Of a stretch of DNA of 64,000 bases, positions 1-9,396 are shown piece after piece. Origin of the DNA: Candidatus Binatia bacterium (GTDB lineage: Bacteria; Desulfobacterota; Binatia; HRBIN30); assembly GCA_038245295.1 (NCBI GenBank), contig JBBRSP010000017.1, positions 50,144-114,143 of the forward strand, read 5' to 3'. The position numbers and the translations under genes were made by a program. The notes beneath the pieces are model-generated. The model was not told the origin of the DNA, did no database searches, and saw only the letters and a program-made list of their open reading frames with translations. Position 1 is the stretch's first letter, and each line of letters opens with the position of its first letter.

Positions 1-387
1 TCCGGCGATGCGGACTGGAAGCAGAAGGTCATGGCTTTGACGGACGGTTGGGGAGTCGACGTGGCTGTCGAAGCGGTCGGCATTCCGGCAACCTTCGAGA
101 TGGCGACGCAGATCGTGCGACCCGGTGGTCATGTGGCCAACGTCGGGGTGCATGGCCAACCGGTGTCTTTACGCCTCCAGGATCTGTGGATTCACAACAT
201 CACCATCAGCATGGGTTTGGTGAACACCAACACGACGCCCATGCCTCTCAAGCTCGTCGCCGAGGGCAAGCTCAAGGTCGATCAGTTCGCCAGTCATCAC
301 TTCAAGCTGCACGACATGATGGCCGCCTACGACACGTTTAGTCGGGCCGCCGAGACCAAAGCCCTCAAGGTGATCATCGAACGCTAG
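1..387 (+). CDS. Zn-dependent alcohol dehydrogenase (MDR family), C-terminal part; 5' end lies outside the window
   Basis: Frame is open from base 1; GVDVAVEAVG, RPGGHVANVGVHG and C-terminal ALKVII motifs. Confidence 0.9.
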   Translation, partial: SGDADWKQKVMALTDGWGVDVAVEAVGIPATFEMATQIVRPGGHVANVGVHGQPVSLRLQDLWIHNITISMGLVNTNTTPMPLKLVAEGKLKVDQFASHHFKLHDMMAAYDTFSRAAETKALKVIIER

Positions 388-505
388 CCCAGGCGCTTAC
401 CGCGGGCAGTCCGCCGGGTTGCGGTTCTCGGGGGTGAATGCTTCTGCGCCTGCTCCTGTGCCCACAAACCAAGAGAACCTGCGACCCGCAAAGCGAGCGG
501 GCCGG

Positions 506-1807
506 ATGAGTAAGCAGGCGAAGCCTTTACCGCCGGATGCGACGAGCGTCCCGGCGCGCGTCGAACAGTTCTTTGCTGATCTGGGTCCAGGGCTTGTCAC
601 CGGCGCTGCCGACGATGATCCGTCCGGCATCTCTACCTATTCGGTAACCGGCGCCTCGTTTGGCTACGCGACGCTGTGGATTGCCTTGTTCTCGTTTCCG
701 CTGATGGTCTCGGTGCAGCTCATGTGCGCCCGGCTAGGGATGGTTACGGGGCGGGGGCTCGCCGGGGTTGTGCGCAAGCGGTACTCGCGTTGGGTGCTCT
801 GGGGTGCCTGTCTGCTGCTGATTGTTGCCAATGTCATCAACATCGGCGCCGATCTTGGTGGAATGGCCGAAGCGACGGAGTTGGTGACCGGTATCGATCG
901 GCGAATCCTGATGCCGCTTTACGGCGGGTTCATCATTTCGCTGCTGTTCTTCTCTTCGTACCGGCAAATCGCCCGCGTCTTCAAATGGTTGACGCTGGTA
1001 CTGTTCGCCTATGTCGGGTCGGGGATTCTAGCCAATCCGGCATGGGGGACGGCGTTGCGCGCTACCTTCATCCCGCACATGGAGTGGTCGGCGCGTTACT
1101 TTTCGGTTCTCGTCGGTGTGCTCGGTACGACAATCTCACCCTACCTGTTCTTCTGGCAGGCATCGGTCGAAGTCGAGGAAGAGCGCGCCATGGGGCGGCG
1201 CACCCTGAGGGAGCGACAGGGGGCAACCGACGTCGAGCTGCGCACCTCGTTCATCGACGTGGTCACAGGAATGTTCTTCTCGAACTTCATTATGTACTTC
1301 ATCATCCTCACCACGGCGGCGACGTTGCACGCCAACGGCCAAACGCAAATCACCACGGCGCGCGAGGCGGCCGAGGCGCTACGTCCACTGGCCGGACCAG
1401 CCGCCTATTGGCTGTTTACGCTCGGGCTCCTGGGTACCGGAATGCTCGGTGTGCCGGTGCTGGCGGGCTCGTGCGCCTATACGATCGGTGAAGCGTTCGG
1501 GTGGCACGGCTCGCTCGAAGATAGGCCGAACGGCGCGCGCCGATTCTACGCGGTGGTCGCGGCAGCCATTGTGTTCGGCCTGTTGCTCGACGTGATCGGC
1601 ATCAATGCCGTCAGCATGCTGTTCTGGTCGGCCGTGGTAAACGGTGTGCTGGCACCGCCACTGATCGTTTTGGTCCTGTTGCTGACCAGCGATCAGACTA
1701 TCATGGGGAAACGCACCAACCCGCCGCTGCTGCGTTGGACCGGCTGGATCACTGCCATCACCATGACCGGGGCGGCCGTGGCTATGCTGGTGACCGCGCT
1801 GCTGTGA
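506..1807 (+). CDS. NRAMP/MntH-related divalent metal transporter
   Basis: LGPGLVTGAADDDPSGISTYS, GTTISPYLFFWQ and many TM helices; ATG 506 preferred over the ORF-track start at 419. Confidence 0.88.
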   Translation: MSKQAKPLPPDATSVPARVEQFFADLGPGLVTGAADDDPSGISTYSVTGASFGYATLWIALFSFPLMVSVQLMCARLGMVTGRGLAGVVRKRYSRWVLWGACLLLIVANVINIGADLGGMAEATELVTGIDRRILMPLYGGFIISLLFFSSYRQIARVFKWLTLVLFAYVGSGILANPAWGTALRATFIPHMEWSARYFSVLVGVLGTTISPYLFFWQASVEVEEERAMGRRTLRERQGATDVELRTSFIDVVTGMFFSNFIMYFIILTTAATLHANGQTQITTAREAAEALRPLAGPAAYWLFTLGLLGTGMLGVPVLAGSCAYTIGEAFGWHGSLEDRPNGARRFYAVVAAAIVFGLLLDVIGINAVSMLFWSAVVNGVLAPPLIVLVLLLTSDQTIMGKRTNPPLLRWTGWITAITMTGAAVAMLVTALL

Positions 1808-1836
1808 ACGCCCTCGCCGCGAGGCCAGGCTTCTTG

Positions 1837-1863
1837 CGTAGAACTACCTGCGTAATTCCCCGA
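1837..1863 (+). promoter_or_regulatory. 27-bp operator-like motif, copy 1 (CGTAG-AA-CTACC-TG-CGTAA-TT-CCCCGA), upstream of the hybrid kinase
   Basis: Matches three other intergenic copies (3970, 8261, 12480); followed by TTTAAT and TATCAA at a similar spacing. Confidence 0.55.
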
Positions 1864-1896
1864 CCTTTAATCGGCGTTGCGGCGCTTGTATCAACT

Positions 1897-3486
1897 ATGT
1901 CGATGACTGATACGCCCACCGCAGCGCAGATCTTGGCTGACTATCGCAATACACAGGCAGCGCTGGCGGCGTCGGAGTTGCGTTACCGGCGGCTATTTGA
2001 AACCGCTCAGGATGGCATCCTCATCATCGACGCGACCACCGGATGCGTCATCGACGCCAACCCGTTCATGACGAAGCTCCTGAACTACCCGCTCCAACAC
2101 TTTCTCGGCAAGGAATTGTGGGAGCTCGGCTTGTTTGCCGATGCAGCAAGCTGCCGAGAAAACTTCGAGACCCTCCTGCGCGATGGCTACGTCCGCTACG
2201 AGCACCTGCCGCTGAGCCGCGAGTCTGGTTCACCCATCGCAGTGGAGTTCGTCAGCAACGTGTACCAGGTGGCCGATGCGAAGATCATCCAGTGCAACAT
2301 CCGCGACATCAGCGCCCGGCGTGTCACCGAGGAGCAGGAACACAACCATTTGACCGCCCTCGCCGAGCTCGATCGGCGCAAGAACGAGTTCCTCACCATG
2401 TTGTCGCACGAGCTGCGCAACCCTCTAGCGCCGATCTTGAACGCGGTGCATCTACTCGCCACCCAAGGCGGCGAAACACCGGTCCAGAAGCAAGCGCGGC
2501 AGATCATTGAACGGCAGGTGGGGCAGCTCAAGCGGCTGGTCGATGACCTCCTGGAGGTATCGCGTCTCAACACCGGGCGGCTCGAGCTGCGACGCGAGAA
2601 TATCAGCCTCAACGCGGTTGTCAGTCTCGCCGCCGAGACGGTGCGCCCGTTGATGGAGGCGCGGCAGCATAAGTTCACCGTTTCCGTCCCCGAGCGCGAA
2701 CTGTGGGTGAATGCCGATGCCGTTCGGCTGCAACAGGTTTTGCTCAACCTTCTCATGAACGCCTACAAGTACACCGACGTCGGCGGCCAGATCAGCGTAA
2801 CCCTCGATGGTGCATCCGATGAAGGCGTCGTGCGAGTGCGCGATACCGGTCGTGGCATCTCCGCCGAGCTACTACCGCGCATCTTCGATCTCTTTGCACA
2901 GGCCGAGCAGACGCTTGATCGCGCCGAGGGGGGACTTGGTGTCGGCCTGACCGTCGTACGCCGGTTGATGGAGCTACACGGTGGCACGGCGACGGTGACG
3001 AGCACGCCGGGGCAGGGCAGCGAGTTCGTCGTGCGTATGCCGCTAACGGTGCTTTCGGCCCCGGGGCCAGAACTCTTTCCGCCAGTCGTCGTCGAGCCGG
3101 CGTTCCGCAGTGTCCGCGTCCTGGTCGTCGATGACAATGTCGACGCAGCAGAATGTCTAGCTCTCCTTTTGCGCATCGCGGGCCATGAGGTCAGCGTCGC
3201 CGCTACGGGGCCGACAGCCTTGTCGTCGGCGATCGAGGCGAAGCCGGAAATGGTGTTCCTTGATATTGGCTTGCCGGGGATGGATGGTTTCGAGGTGGCC
3301 GAGCGGATTCGCGCCGAACCAACGCTGTCCCGGACGGTCCTTGCCGCCCTGAGCGGCTACGGTCAGCCGGAGGATCGCCAGCGCGCGCGCACCGCCGGCT
3401 TCAATCACTATCTGGTAAAACCGGTACCCTTCGCGGAGATCGAACAGCTTGTCGAGACGGTCGGGCGCGCCGGAGCGGCCGCCTGA
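1897..3486 (+). CDS. Cytoplasmic PAS-domain hybrid sensor histidine kinase/response regulator
   Basis: PAS (LFETAQDGILIID...CNIRDIS), H-box LSHELRNPL, N/G boxes (NAYKYT, DTGRGI, GLGVGL), receiver VLVVDDN...LDIGLPGMDG; start at ATG 1897 or 1903. Confidence 0.92.
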   Translation: MSMTDTPTAAQILADYRNTQAALAASELRYRRLFETAQDGILIIDATTGCVIDANPFMTKLLNYPLQHFLGKELWELGLFADAASCRENFETLLRDGYVRYEHLPLSRESGSPIAVEFVSNVYQVADAKIIQCNIRDISARRVTEEQEHNHLTALAELDRRKNEFLTMLSHELRNPLAPILNAVHLLATQGGETPVQKQARQIIERQVGQLKRLVDDLLEVSRLNTGRLELRRENISLNAVVSLAAETVRPLMEARQHKFTVSVPERELWVNADAVRLQQVLLNLLMNAYKYTDVGGQISVTLDGASDEGVVRVRDTGRGISAELLPRIFDLFAQAEQTLDRAEGGLGVGLTVVRRLMELHGGTATVTSTPGQGSEFVVRMPLTVLSAPGPELFPPVVVEPAFRSVRVLVVDDNVDAAECLALLLRIAGHEVSVAATGPTALSSAIEAKPEMVFLDIGLPGMDGFEVAERIRAEPTLSRTVLAALSGYGQPEDRQRARTAGFNHYLVKPVPFAEIEQLVETVGRAGAAA

Positions 3487-3651
3487 CGCCGAGTACCTTG
3501 GTTCGCAAACTCGGCCACGTATCGCGCTCGTGCTGAGCCTGTTCTAGGGGCGGTTCGGGAACCGCCCGCTTCTGTCTGAGCTTATCGAAGGATGAACGGC
3601 GAGCCTAAGTACTATTCGGCGCAGGTACGGTGACGTACCCGCAACCGCCCT

Positions 3652-3724
3652 CCGCAGTCTAAAGCCTGCGCCTACCCGTCCGCTTCAGGGTGCGCACTCA
3701 GTCTGGTAGGCGCAGGCTTTAGCC
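3652..3724. repeat. GTAG-type REP doublet (REPIN-like)
   Basis: ccgcagtctaaagcctgcgcctacc ... ggtaggcgcaggctttagcc inverted pair; other REP-type fragments at about 3545-3600. Confidence 0.8.
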
Positions 3725-3726
3725 GT

Positions 3727-3894
3727 TTAGTCGACGGCGTCCTTGATCTTGTCGATCACCTTCTCGGCATGTTGCTTCACTTTGCCGATGGACTGATCGA
3801 CACGTCCTTCGTGCTTCAGCTTAGCATCGCCGGTGAGGGCGCCGGCCGCTTCTTTTACACGTCCCTTGAGCTCATCAATTTTTCCACTGGTCAT
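3727..3894 (-). CDS. csbD: CsbD-family general stress protein (55 aa; absent from the ORF track)
   Basis: Manual translation MTSGKIDELKGRVKEAAGALTGDAKLKHEGRVDQSIGKVKQHAEKVIDKIKDAVD; AAGGAG RBS upstream. Confidence 0.92.
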   Translation of the reverse strand: MTSGKIDELKGRVKEAAGALTGDAKLKHEGRVDQSIGKVKQHAEKVIDKIKDAVD

Positions 3895-3969
3895 GTGCGT
3901 TACTCCTTTGTTTGCGTTGTGACGTTACGTTCAAAAACCACTCTAAGGTGGGCCATCCATGCGGCAAGA

Positions 3970-3996
3970 TCGGATTACCACGCGCGTAGTTTCACG
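3970..3996 (-). promoter_or_regulatory. 27-bp operator-like motif, copy 2, upstream of csbD
   Basis: Minus strand CGTGA-AA-CTACG-CG-CGTGG-TA-ATCCGA, then TTGCCG-16 nt-TAGAGT. Confidence 0.6.
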
Positions 3997-4019
3997 CGGC
4001 GTGGATATCCGCAGTTGCA

Positions 4020-5738
4020 CTAGTGCCGCACGCGCCCTTTCAGGATGTTGTGTTCGATGGTCGGGATGAGGTCCTGGAGGATTACGTCCTCGTAACGTCC
4101 CGACGTCGGGTTCGTCAGATCAGGCACCTGCGATTCTGACACCCGGTGGTTCACGTAGAACGAGCCCTTGCGTCCGCCGGCGCCAGGAAGGACAACGACG
4201 AACATGTTCTGCATCTGCTTCGACACCATCAGTGGGTCGAGCATGTCGCCGAGGCGCTCGTAGTCGTTTGGCGACTGGCCATAACCGGGCAGGATATACA
4301 GTACAGGAAAGCTCCTTGTCGTATGGAAGTATGCCGGTGGGCGATAGATCAGCACCGCCTCGTTCGGGGTCGCACCGCTCCCCAGACGCAGTGAGGGGGC
4401 GGCGATCATCGACTTCATGATATCACCGCGCGGATCGAGGTCGGTGATATCGATGTCGCCGGGCCCGTGAAATCCGTCGGCGAAGCTTGAGTCGACGTAC
4501 GCGAACAGCGTCAAGAGACGCTGCCAGACGACCAACTGGCCGCAGACGTTGCCGTGTAACAACTGGTCGGTTGTATCATCGGCTTCCGGCACGCCGACGT
4601 GACCGCCGGTGTACTGAACCATCAGGAATTGCTGTGACAGGGTGGGGAACTGCGTGCAGTTGCCGGGAAAGTCACCGAGGCTGTCGACGGTAAGTCCTTT
4701 GGAACGCAGCAGCGCCACGAAGTTCTCATAGTGACGTCCGAAGCCGAATTGGTCCTCGCTGCCGACATCCATGTAGATGCGCTGCGTCGCGATGTCGGTT
4801 GCCGAGCGCGCCGCGGTGCGCGTCAGCGGATCCTCGGCCAGCCAGTTGGCGCGATCGGGATCGTAGTCGAATTGGCCGTTGCCCTCGCCGAAGTCGCTGG
4901 TTCCGGCAACGCCGTCGAGGCCGACATCCTGAAACGTCTCGCCCAATTCCGGCTCGTAGACGAGATTGTCGTTGGTGTCGGTAAACGGCTCGGAGAAGTT
5001 GACGACGATACCTTCACCGACATCGTAGACACCGTCGCTGTCCAAGTCAGCCAGCTTGCGCCCACCGACATCCACCGCGGTGGCGCCGCTGACGATCATC
5101 GGGAGTGACCCGACGGCAAGCAGGGCAACGTCGGCCGACTGGGTCGGTGTCTCGCTGATTTGGCGAGCCCCGTCCTGGTTGGCATCGCCGCCATCGAGAA
5201 ACTGCATCGGGTTGGCCGACAGGGTGAAGGTCCCAAAGGCGTCGTCCCGCAGCAGATGTGCCGGCTGCGAGTCCATCGCCAGATATTGACGCGTCGGATC
5301 GGTATGGTGCAGGACCGGATTGCCGAAGGCGATGACCAGATCCTTATTCATTGCCAGTCGCAGATCACGCCCGGGATAGGGGGCCTGATGGTCGAAGGTG
5401 AAGTCGTCGCCGACGTTGAGCGGGCGCGTTGTTTGCGCCTTCACTTCGAGGTTGTCGTGGACAACGTCGCGCAGCAGTTGCCGCATGTCGACAGGGCCGC
5501 CGAGCGAGGCAATCGTGCTGAAGGTGTCGGCGTGTTTGGTGCCGAGGTTCATGGCGCCAAAGGCGCCCATCGAAACGCCACTGATGGCGCGGTACTGGCG
5601 CTCGATTGTCAGGGACCCGCCGGGAGTCGGGCTCGGCCCGACATCAGGCCCGCTGCCCCCATGCCCCCCACACGCGGCGAGGGCGGTAAGGGTAAGAGGG
5701 AGAACGCGGCTCAGGAAACTCTTGGTTAGGGATAACAT
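4020..5738 (-). CDS. Lipoprotein alpha/beta-hydrolase (Fes/antigen-85-like esterase family), circularly permuted, with acidic DxDxDG insert
   Basis: Lipobox LAAC; RAISGVSMG nucleophile elbow near the N-terminus; IYMDVGSED and YTGGH; IYRPPAY...FPVLYILPG block at the C-terminus. Confidence 0.8.
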   Translation of the reverse strand: MLSLTKSFLSRVLPLTLTALAACGGHGGSGPDVGPSPTPGGSLTIERQYRAISGVSMGAFGAMNLGTKHADTFSTIASLGGPVDMRQLLRDVVHDNLEVKAQTTRPLNVGDDFTFDHQAPYPGRDLRLAMNKDLVIAFGNPVLHHTDPTRQYLAMDSQPAHLLRDDAFGTFTLSANPMQFLDGGDANQDGARQISETPTQSADVALLAVGSLPMIVSGATAVDVGGRKLADLDSDGVYDVGEGIVVNFSEPFTDTNDNLVYEPELGETFQDVGLDGVAGTSDFGEGNGQFDYDPDRANWLAEDPLTRTAARSATDIATQRIYMDVGSEDQFGFGRHYENFVALLRSKGLTVDSLGDFPGNCTQFPTLSQQFLMVQYTGGHVGVPEADDTTDQLLHGNVCGQLVVWQRLLTLFAYVDSSFADGFHGPGDIDITDLDPRGDIMKSMIAAPSLRLGSGATPNEAVLIYRPPAYFHTTRSFPVLYILPGYGQSPNDYERLGDMLDPLMVSKQMQNMFVVVLPGAGGRKGSFYVNHRVSESQVPDLTNPTSGRYEDVILQDLIPTIEHNILKGRVRH

Positions 5739-5747
5739 AAGAAACCT

Positions 5748-6155
5748 TTACGGGCCGACTTCGGTGAAGCCGGTAACTTCCAGCGTACTCATGAAACGAC
5801 CGTCGGTGCGGTCGGGGAGCTGCGGGAAGGTGAAGTGGAAGGCAGTGCTGGCGTGCGGCGCCAGATCGTTGGCCAGCTCGAACGGTACGGCGCGACCGGG
5901 GTTGTCGGCGCTCGGGTGTAACTCATCGGTCCATAGAAACTGTTGCCGCAGCTCCAAGTGAATACCGTGCAACGTCGAGCCCGACTTGTTGATGAGTGTG
6001 CCCGATACCGAGGTGCCGGCAATCGCGACATCGCTGAGCGTCACCGTGCGTTCGGCGTCACCCGGTTGCAGCACGGTCGCCGCTAGGGTCGCGCCGGGGC
6101 GCGAGACGAGAGGTAGCCCGAGGAGGGCAACAAATAGAAAAATGCGTGGGGTCAT
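5748..6155 (-). CDS. Secreted hypothetical protein (small beta-rich domain)
   Basis: Signal-peptide-like N-terminus MTPRIFLFVALLGL; lies between sod and the esterase in the same orientation. Confidence 0.7.
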   Translation of the reverse strand: MTPRIFLFVALLGLPLVSRPGATLAATVLQPGDAERTVTLSDVAIAGTSVSGTLINKSGSTLHGIHLELRQQFLWTDELHPSADNPGRAVPFELANDLAPHASTAFHFTFPQLPDRTDGRFMSTLEVTGFTEVGP

Positions 6156-6171
6156 GATCGAACTCCAGTGT

Positions 6172-6786
6172 TTACAGTCCAAGATCGAGCGTGCGCACCT
6201 TCTTGAAGCGTTGCGCTACGTCTTGCCAGTTGACGATCTTCCAGAACGCCGTGACCCAGTCGGCTTTGACGTTCTTGTATTGCAGGTAATAGGCGTGCTC
6301 CCACATATCGAGAACCAGCAACGGAACGGTCCCATTGCCGATGTTGCCCTGGTGATCGTAGACCTGCTCGACGACCAGCCGCTGGCCGACCGGCTCCCAG
6401 GCCATGGCGCCCCATCCGGAACCCTGAACGTTGAGCGCCGCCTGGGTCAGCTGACTCTGCAGCCCGTCGACGGAACCAAATGATTCCTTGATGGCGGCAC
6501 CCAGGTCGTCCGGAGGCGCTCCACCGCCCTTGGGGCTCATATTGAGCCAGAACAGGGAGTGCAGGACGTGGCCGGAGACGTGAAAGGCGAGATTCTTCTG
6601 CAGTTGGTTGATGGCGTCGAAGTTGTTCTGCTCACGCGCCGCGGCAAGTTTGTCGAGCGTCGCGTTGGCGCCTGTGACATATGCGGCGTGGTGTTTGGTG
6701 TGGTGCAATTCCAGGAGGGCCGCGGAGTAGTGCGGCTCCAAGGCGGCGTAGTCGTAAGGTAGATCGGGAAGGGTGTATTTCTTCAT
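6172..6786 (-). CDS. sodA: Fe/Mn superoxide dismutase
   Basis: YTLPDLPYDYAALEPH, LHHTKHHAAYV, GSGW, DMWEHAYY signature; metal specificity not determined. Confidence 0.93.
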   Translation of the reverse strand: MKKYTLPDLPYDYAALEPHYSAALLELHHTKHHAAYVTGANATLDKLAAAREQNNFDAINQLQKNLAFHVSGHVLHSLFWLNMSPKGGGAPPDDLGAAIKESFGSVDGLQSQLTQAALNVQGSGWGAMAWEPVGQRLVVEQVYDHQGNIGNGTVPLLVLDMWEHAYYLQYKNVKADWVTAFWKIVNWQDVAQRFKKVRTLDLGL

Positions 6787-6922
6787 AGGGACCTCCATCG
6801 TCCATAGGATGCGCCCTGGAAGAGGTGCCGCCAATATACGAAATGCAAGAAGTGAATCTGCGAGCGCTCACGTAAGTGTGGAGACACGGCGCAAGAGTGT
6901 CCGGCACTGGATACCGGCTTCC

Positions 6923-7082
6923 GGGACCGTCGATAAACTGAAATGGAGCAACGTCATCCCGGCGAAAGCCGGGATCTCCCCCTGCTGGAAGCCTCGAAGG
7001 CTGGCGAGATACCGGCTTTCGCCGGTATGACGGAGGTGTTTGCGCAGTTGCAAACGATGAATCAGAGAAAATCGATAGTCTC
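6923..7082. mobile_element. MITE family A, copy 1 (about 160 bp)
   Basis: Closely similar to 32511-32668 and 41777-41936; imperfect TIR gggaccgtcgat/atcgatagtctc; internal GTCATCCCGGCGAAAGCCGG palindromic doublet. Confidence 0.75.
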
Positions 7083-7115
7083 TTCTTCAGCCTGCGCTCG
7101 CTTGTTGGTCGAGCG

Positions 7116-7265
7116 TTACAATCGACCGGTAAGCAACAGCACAACCAGCACGAGCAAGATGATCCCGCCGACGCCGGAGGGAGCATAGCCGTAGTTGTGA
7201 TAACCCCAGTTCGGCAGACCGCCGAAGACCAATAGCAACAAGACGACGAGTAGAATGAGAGGCAT
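7116..7265 (-). CDS. DUF3309-family small membrane protein (49 aa; absent from the ORF track)
   Basis: MPLILLVVLLLLVFGGLPNWGYHNYGYAPSGVGGIILLVLVVLLLTGRL; AAGGAG RBS. Confidence 0.88.
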   Translation of the reverse strand: MPLILLVVLLLLVFGGLPNWGYHNYGYAPSGVGGIILLVLVVLLLTGRL

Positions 7266-7294
7266 GGGAGTTCTCCTTTGGATGGCTCCGAGAG

Positions 7295-7582
7295 TTAGGT
7301 CCGCGGTGCTGCAGCGGTGCTTGGCGCCGTCGCATGAGTCGTCTGGGCCCGGAGGTGCTCACCTAGTTCGCTGGCTTTCTCGGCCAGGTCGTGGCGAATC
7401 TGTTGGCCTGCCTTCGGGGCGAACAGCAACGCCAAGCCGGCTCCCAGCATGATGCCGGTGCCAAAGACTCCGAACACGCCAAGCGTCGAAGCGACCCGGC
7501 TGGTCGACTTGGTCTGTAAACCGATGGCGTTTGCCAACTCTTCCTTTGATGGAAGGGCCTCGAGAAGATCTTCGAGTTTCAT
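7295..7582 (-). CDS. YtxH-domain general stress protein
   Basis: GIMLGAGLALLFAPKAGQQIRHDL motif; AAGGAG RBS. Confidence 0.85.
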   Translation of the reverse strand: MKLEDLLEALPSKEELANAIGLQTKSTSRVASTLGVFGVFGTGIMLGAGLALLFAPKAGQQIRHDLAEKASELGEHLRAQTTHATAPSTAAAPRT

Positions 7583-7603
7583 GATGGCTGCTCCTTTGGG
7601 TCG

Positions 7604-7975
7604 CTAGACCCGTTCAACCGCCACGCTACGCGGCGGGGTGTTGCTGGAAGGAAAAAGTCGGGCGCTGATTTCGCGTGTTGCCAGCACGGTGGCAAATCGG
7701 GTCGCCGCACCAAGCAGGACAACGGTCAGTCGCGAGTTGAGCCCGCCGCCGAGAACGTAGCCAATGCCGAGGGCGGCACCCAATGTTACGTAGGGCCGCT
7801 GTTTAAGCTGGTGCGTCAGGGTCTGTTGCGCCGCGCTGGAAGCGTCGCGCACTGCTTCGGCGAGGGCCGTCGCGTCATGTTGGATCTCGCGCGCGTGTTG
7901 GCGCAGCGAGCGCTCGTCGACAAATTCGGCGTTTGCGGCACTCCAGGCGCCGTTAACGTGCGTGGCGTGGGTCAT
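7604..7975 (-). CDS. ElaB/YqjD (DUF883)-like membrane-anchored protein
   Basis: Helical N-terminus followed by QRPYVTLGAALGIGYVLG. Confidence 0.7.
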   Translation of the reverse strand: MTHATHVNGAWSAANAEFVDERSLRQHAREIQHDATALAEAVRDASSAAQQTLTHQLKQRPYVTLGAALGIGYVLGGGLNSRLTVVLLGAATRFATVLATREISARLFPSSNTPPRSVAVERV

Positions 7976-8208
7976 CGCCGAGCCCGCCTAAGGCTGGAGA
8001 CGATGCGTCCCATCACAAACCCGAAAGCGACGGCGCCCAGGATTGCGACGACGGGCCGTTGGCGAACGCCGCGGCGCGTCCGTTCCTGTAACTCCGTGAG
8101 TGTCGTGCCGACGGTGTCGATATCGGCTCCGACGGCATCAACGAGGGGCGCGATAGATTCGTCGGCAAGGATGGTGTCGGTGGTCATCGTGGTCTCCTGT
8201 GTCTCCAT
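7972..8208 (-). CDS. ElaB/YqjD (DUF883)-like small protein
   Basis: VRQRPVVAILGAVAFGFVMGRI followed by a basic tail; 4-bp overlap with the next gene; start could be the later Met (MTTDT). Confidence 0.72.
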   Translation of the reverse strand: METQETTMTTDTILADESIAPLVDAVGADIDTVGTTLTELQERTRRGVRQRPVVAILGAVAFGFVMGRIVSSLRRARR

Positions 8209-8260
8209 GCAATGAAACAGTCACGCTTCTTTCTATCGGCATGTCAGGTAAGCAGTAAGC

Positions 8261-8287
8261 TCGGAGTACTACGCGCGTGCTTCTACG
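8261..8287 (-). promoter_or_regulatory. 27-bp operator-like motif, copy 3, upstream of the ElaB/YtxH/DUF3309 operon
   Basis: Minus strand CGTAG-AA-GCACG-CG-CGTAG-TA-CTCCGA; 26 of 27 positions identical to copy 4. Confidence 0.7.
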
Positions 8288-8402
8288 CGGCGACGGCGTT
8301 GCGGCGCTCATGGAGTGGTCTGTGCCGGTGTGTTGCCAGCGGGATGGGCCACGAAATTACGTGGCTAGTGCAGCGCCGCGGTGGTCAGTATAAGTGCCCG
8401 CC

Positions 8403-9389
8403 ATGAACGCCGCGGAGAAGCCGTTGAGTCTGTCCCCGGCGCCGCTGATCGATGTCGAGGAGTTGGAAGTGCGCTACGGCACACGCGCCGCTCTGCGTGG
8501 TCTTAGTTTTACAGTGAAGGCCGGCGAGGTCGTCGGACTGCTCGGACCAAACGGCGCCGGAAAGACAACGACGTTTTCGGTCCTCGCGACGCTACGTAAG
8601 CCAGATGCGGGGCGCGTCACCGTCGCCGGCCTGTCGGTGGCCGACGCCCCCAAACAGGTGCGCCGAATGCTCGGCGTCGTTCCACAATCTCTCGCTCTGT
8701 ATCCGACGTTCAGCGCCCGCGAGAATGTGGTTCTCTTCGCGCGGTTGGCGGGGTTACGTGGCCGGGCGGTACACGTCGCCGCGACGGCGGCCCTGCAACT
8801 CGTCGGTCTCGAGGATCGCGCCGACGATCGCGTCGGGTCGTTTTCCGGCGGTATGCAACACCGGCTTAATTTGGCCTGTGGCATCCTGCACGCGCCGCGT
8901 GTCGTACTGCTCGACGAACCTACCGTCGGCGTCGATCCGCAGTCGCGCGAGCGCATCGGCGAGGCGGTGCGCGATCAAGCCCGGCGCGGCGCCGCGGTTC
9001 TTTACAGCACTCATGATCTCGACGAGGCCGAGCGCGTTTGCGACCGCGTAGTGCTGATCGACGAAGGACACGTGGTGAGCGACGGCACGCCGGAGGAGTT
9101 GATTCGCCGCTCGGGTGGCGTGCTGCGCCTCGAGGTCGTCACCCGCGCGCCGCTGCCCGTCGGTTGGTTTGAGGGGGTGGACGGAGTTGTTCCGATCCAC
9201 GCCGCAGCGGTGGCGCCGCTATTGAGCCGGGGCCCGACTGTCCATGTCGGACTCACTGACCTGAGCAGCGCGTCGCGCGTTCTCGAGCGCGCCACGGCGT
9301 GTGGTGGGGGAGTGCTCGAGTTTCATGTCCACCAACCCAGCCTGCAGGACGTGTTCATGGCGCTGACCGGGCGGGCGCTGCGCGATTGA
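8403..9389 (+). CDS. ABC-2 exporter ATP-binding subunit (DrrA/CcmA-like)
   Basis: GPNGAGKTT, FSGGMQ, LLDEPTVGVD and H-loop STH. Confidence 0.93.
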   Translation: MNAAEKPLSLSPAPLIDVEELEVRYGTRAALRGLSFTVKAGEVVGLLGPNGAGKTTTFSVLATLRKPDAGRVTVAGLSVADAPKQVRRMLGVVPQSLALYPTFSARENVVLFARLAGLRGRAVHVAATAALQLVGLEDRADDRVGSFSGGMQHRLNLACGILHAPRVVLLDEPTVGVDPQSRERIGEAVRDQARRGAAVLYSTHDLDEAERVCDRVVLIDEGHVVSDGTPEELIRRSGGVLRLEVVTRAPLPVGWFEGVDGVVPIHAAAVAPLLSRGPTVHVGLTDLSSASRVLERATACGGGVLEFHVHQPSLQDVFMALTGRALRD

Positions 9390-9396
9390 GGATTGT

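Noticed and set aside
3769..4023. 84-aa plus-strand ORF
   Set aside because: Antisense to csbD and its promoter region
6868..7188. Small ORFs across MITE/REP sequences (also 41704..41919, 32333..32545, 53324..53548)
   Set aside because: They are translations of repeat elements with no independent coding evidence
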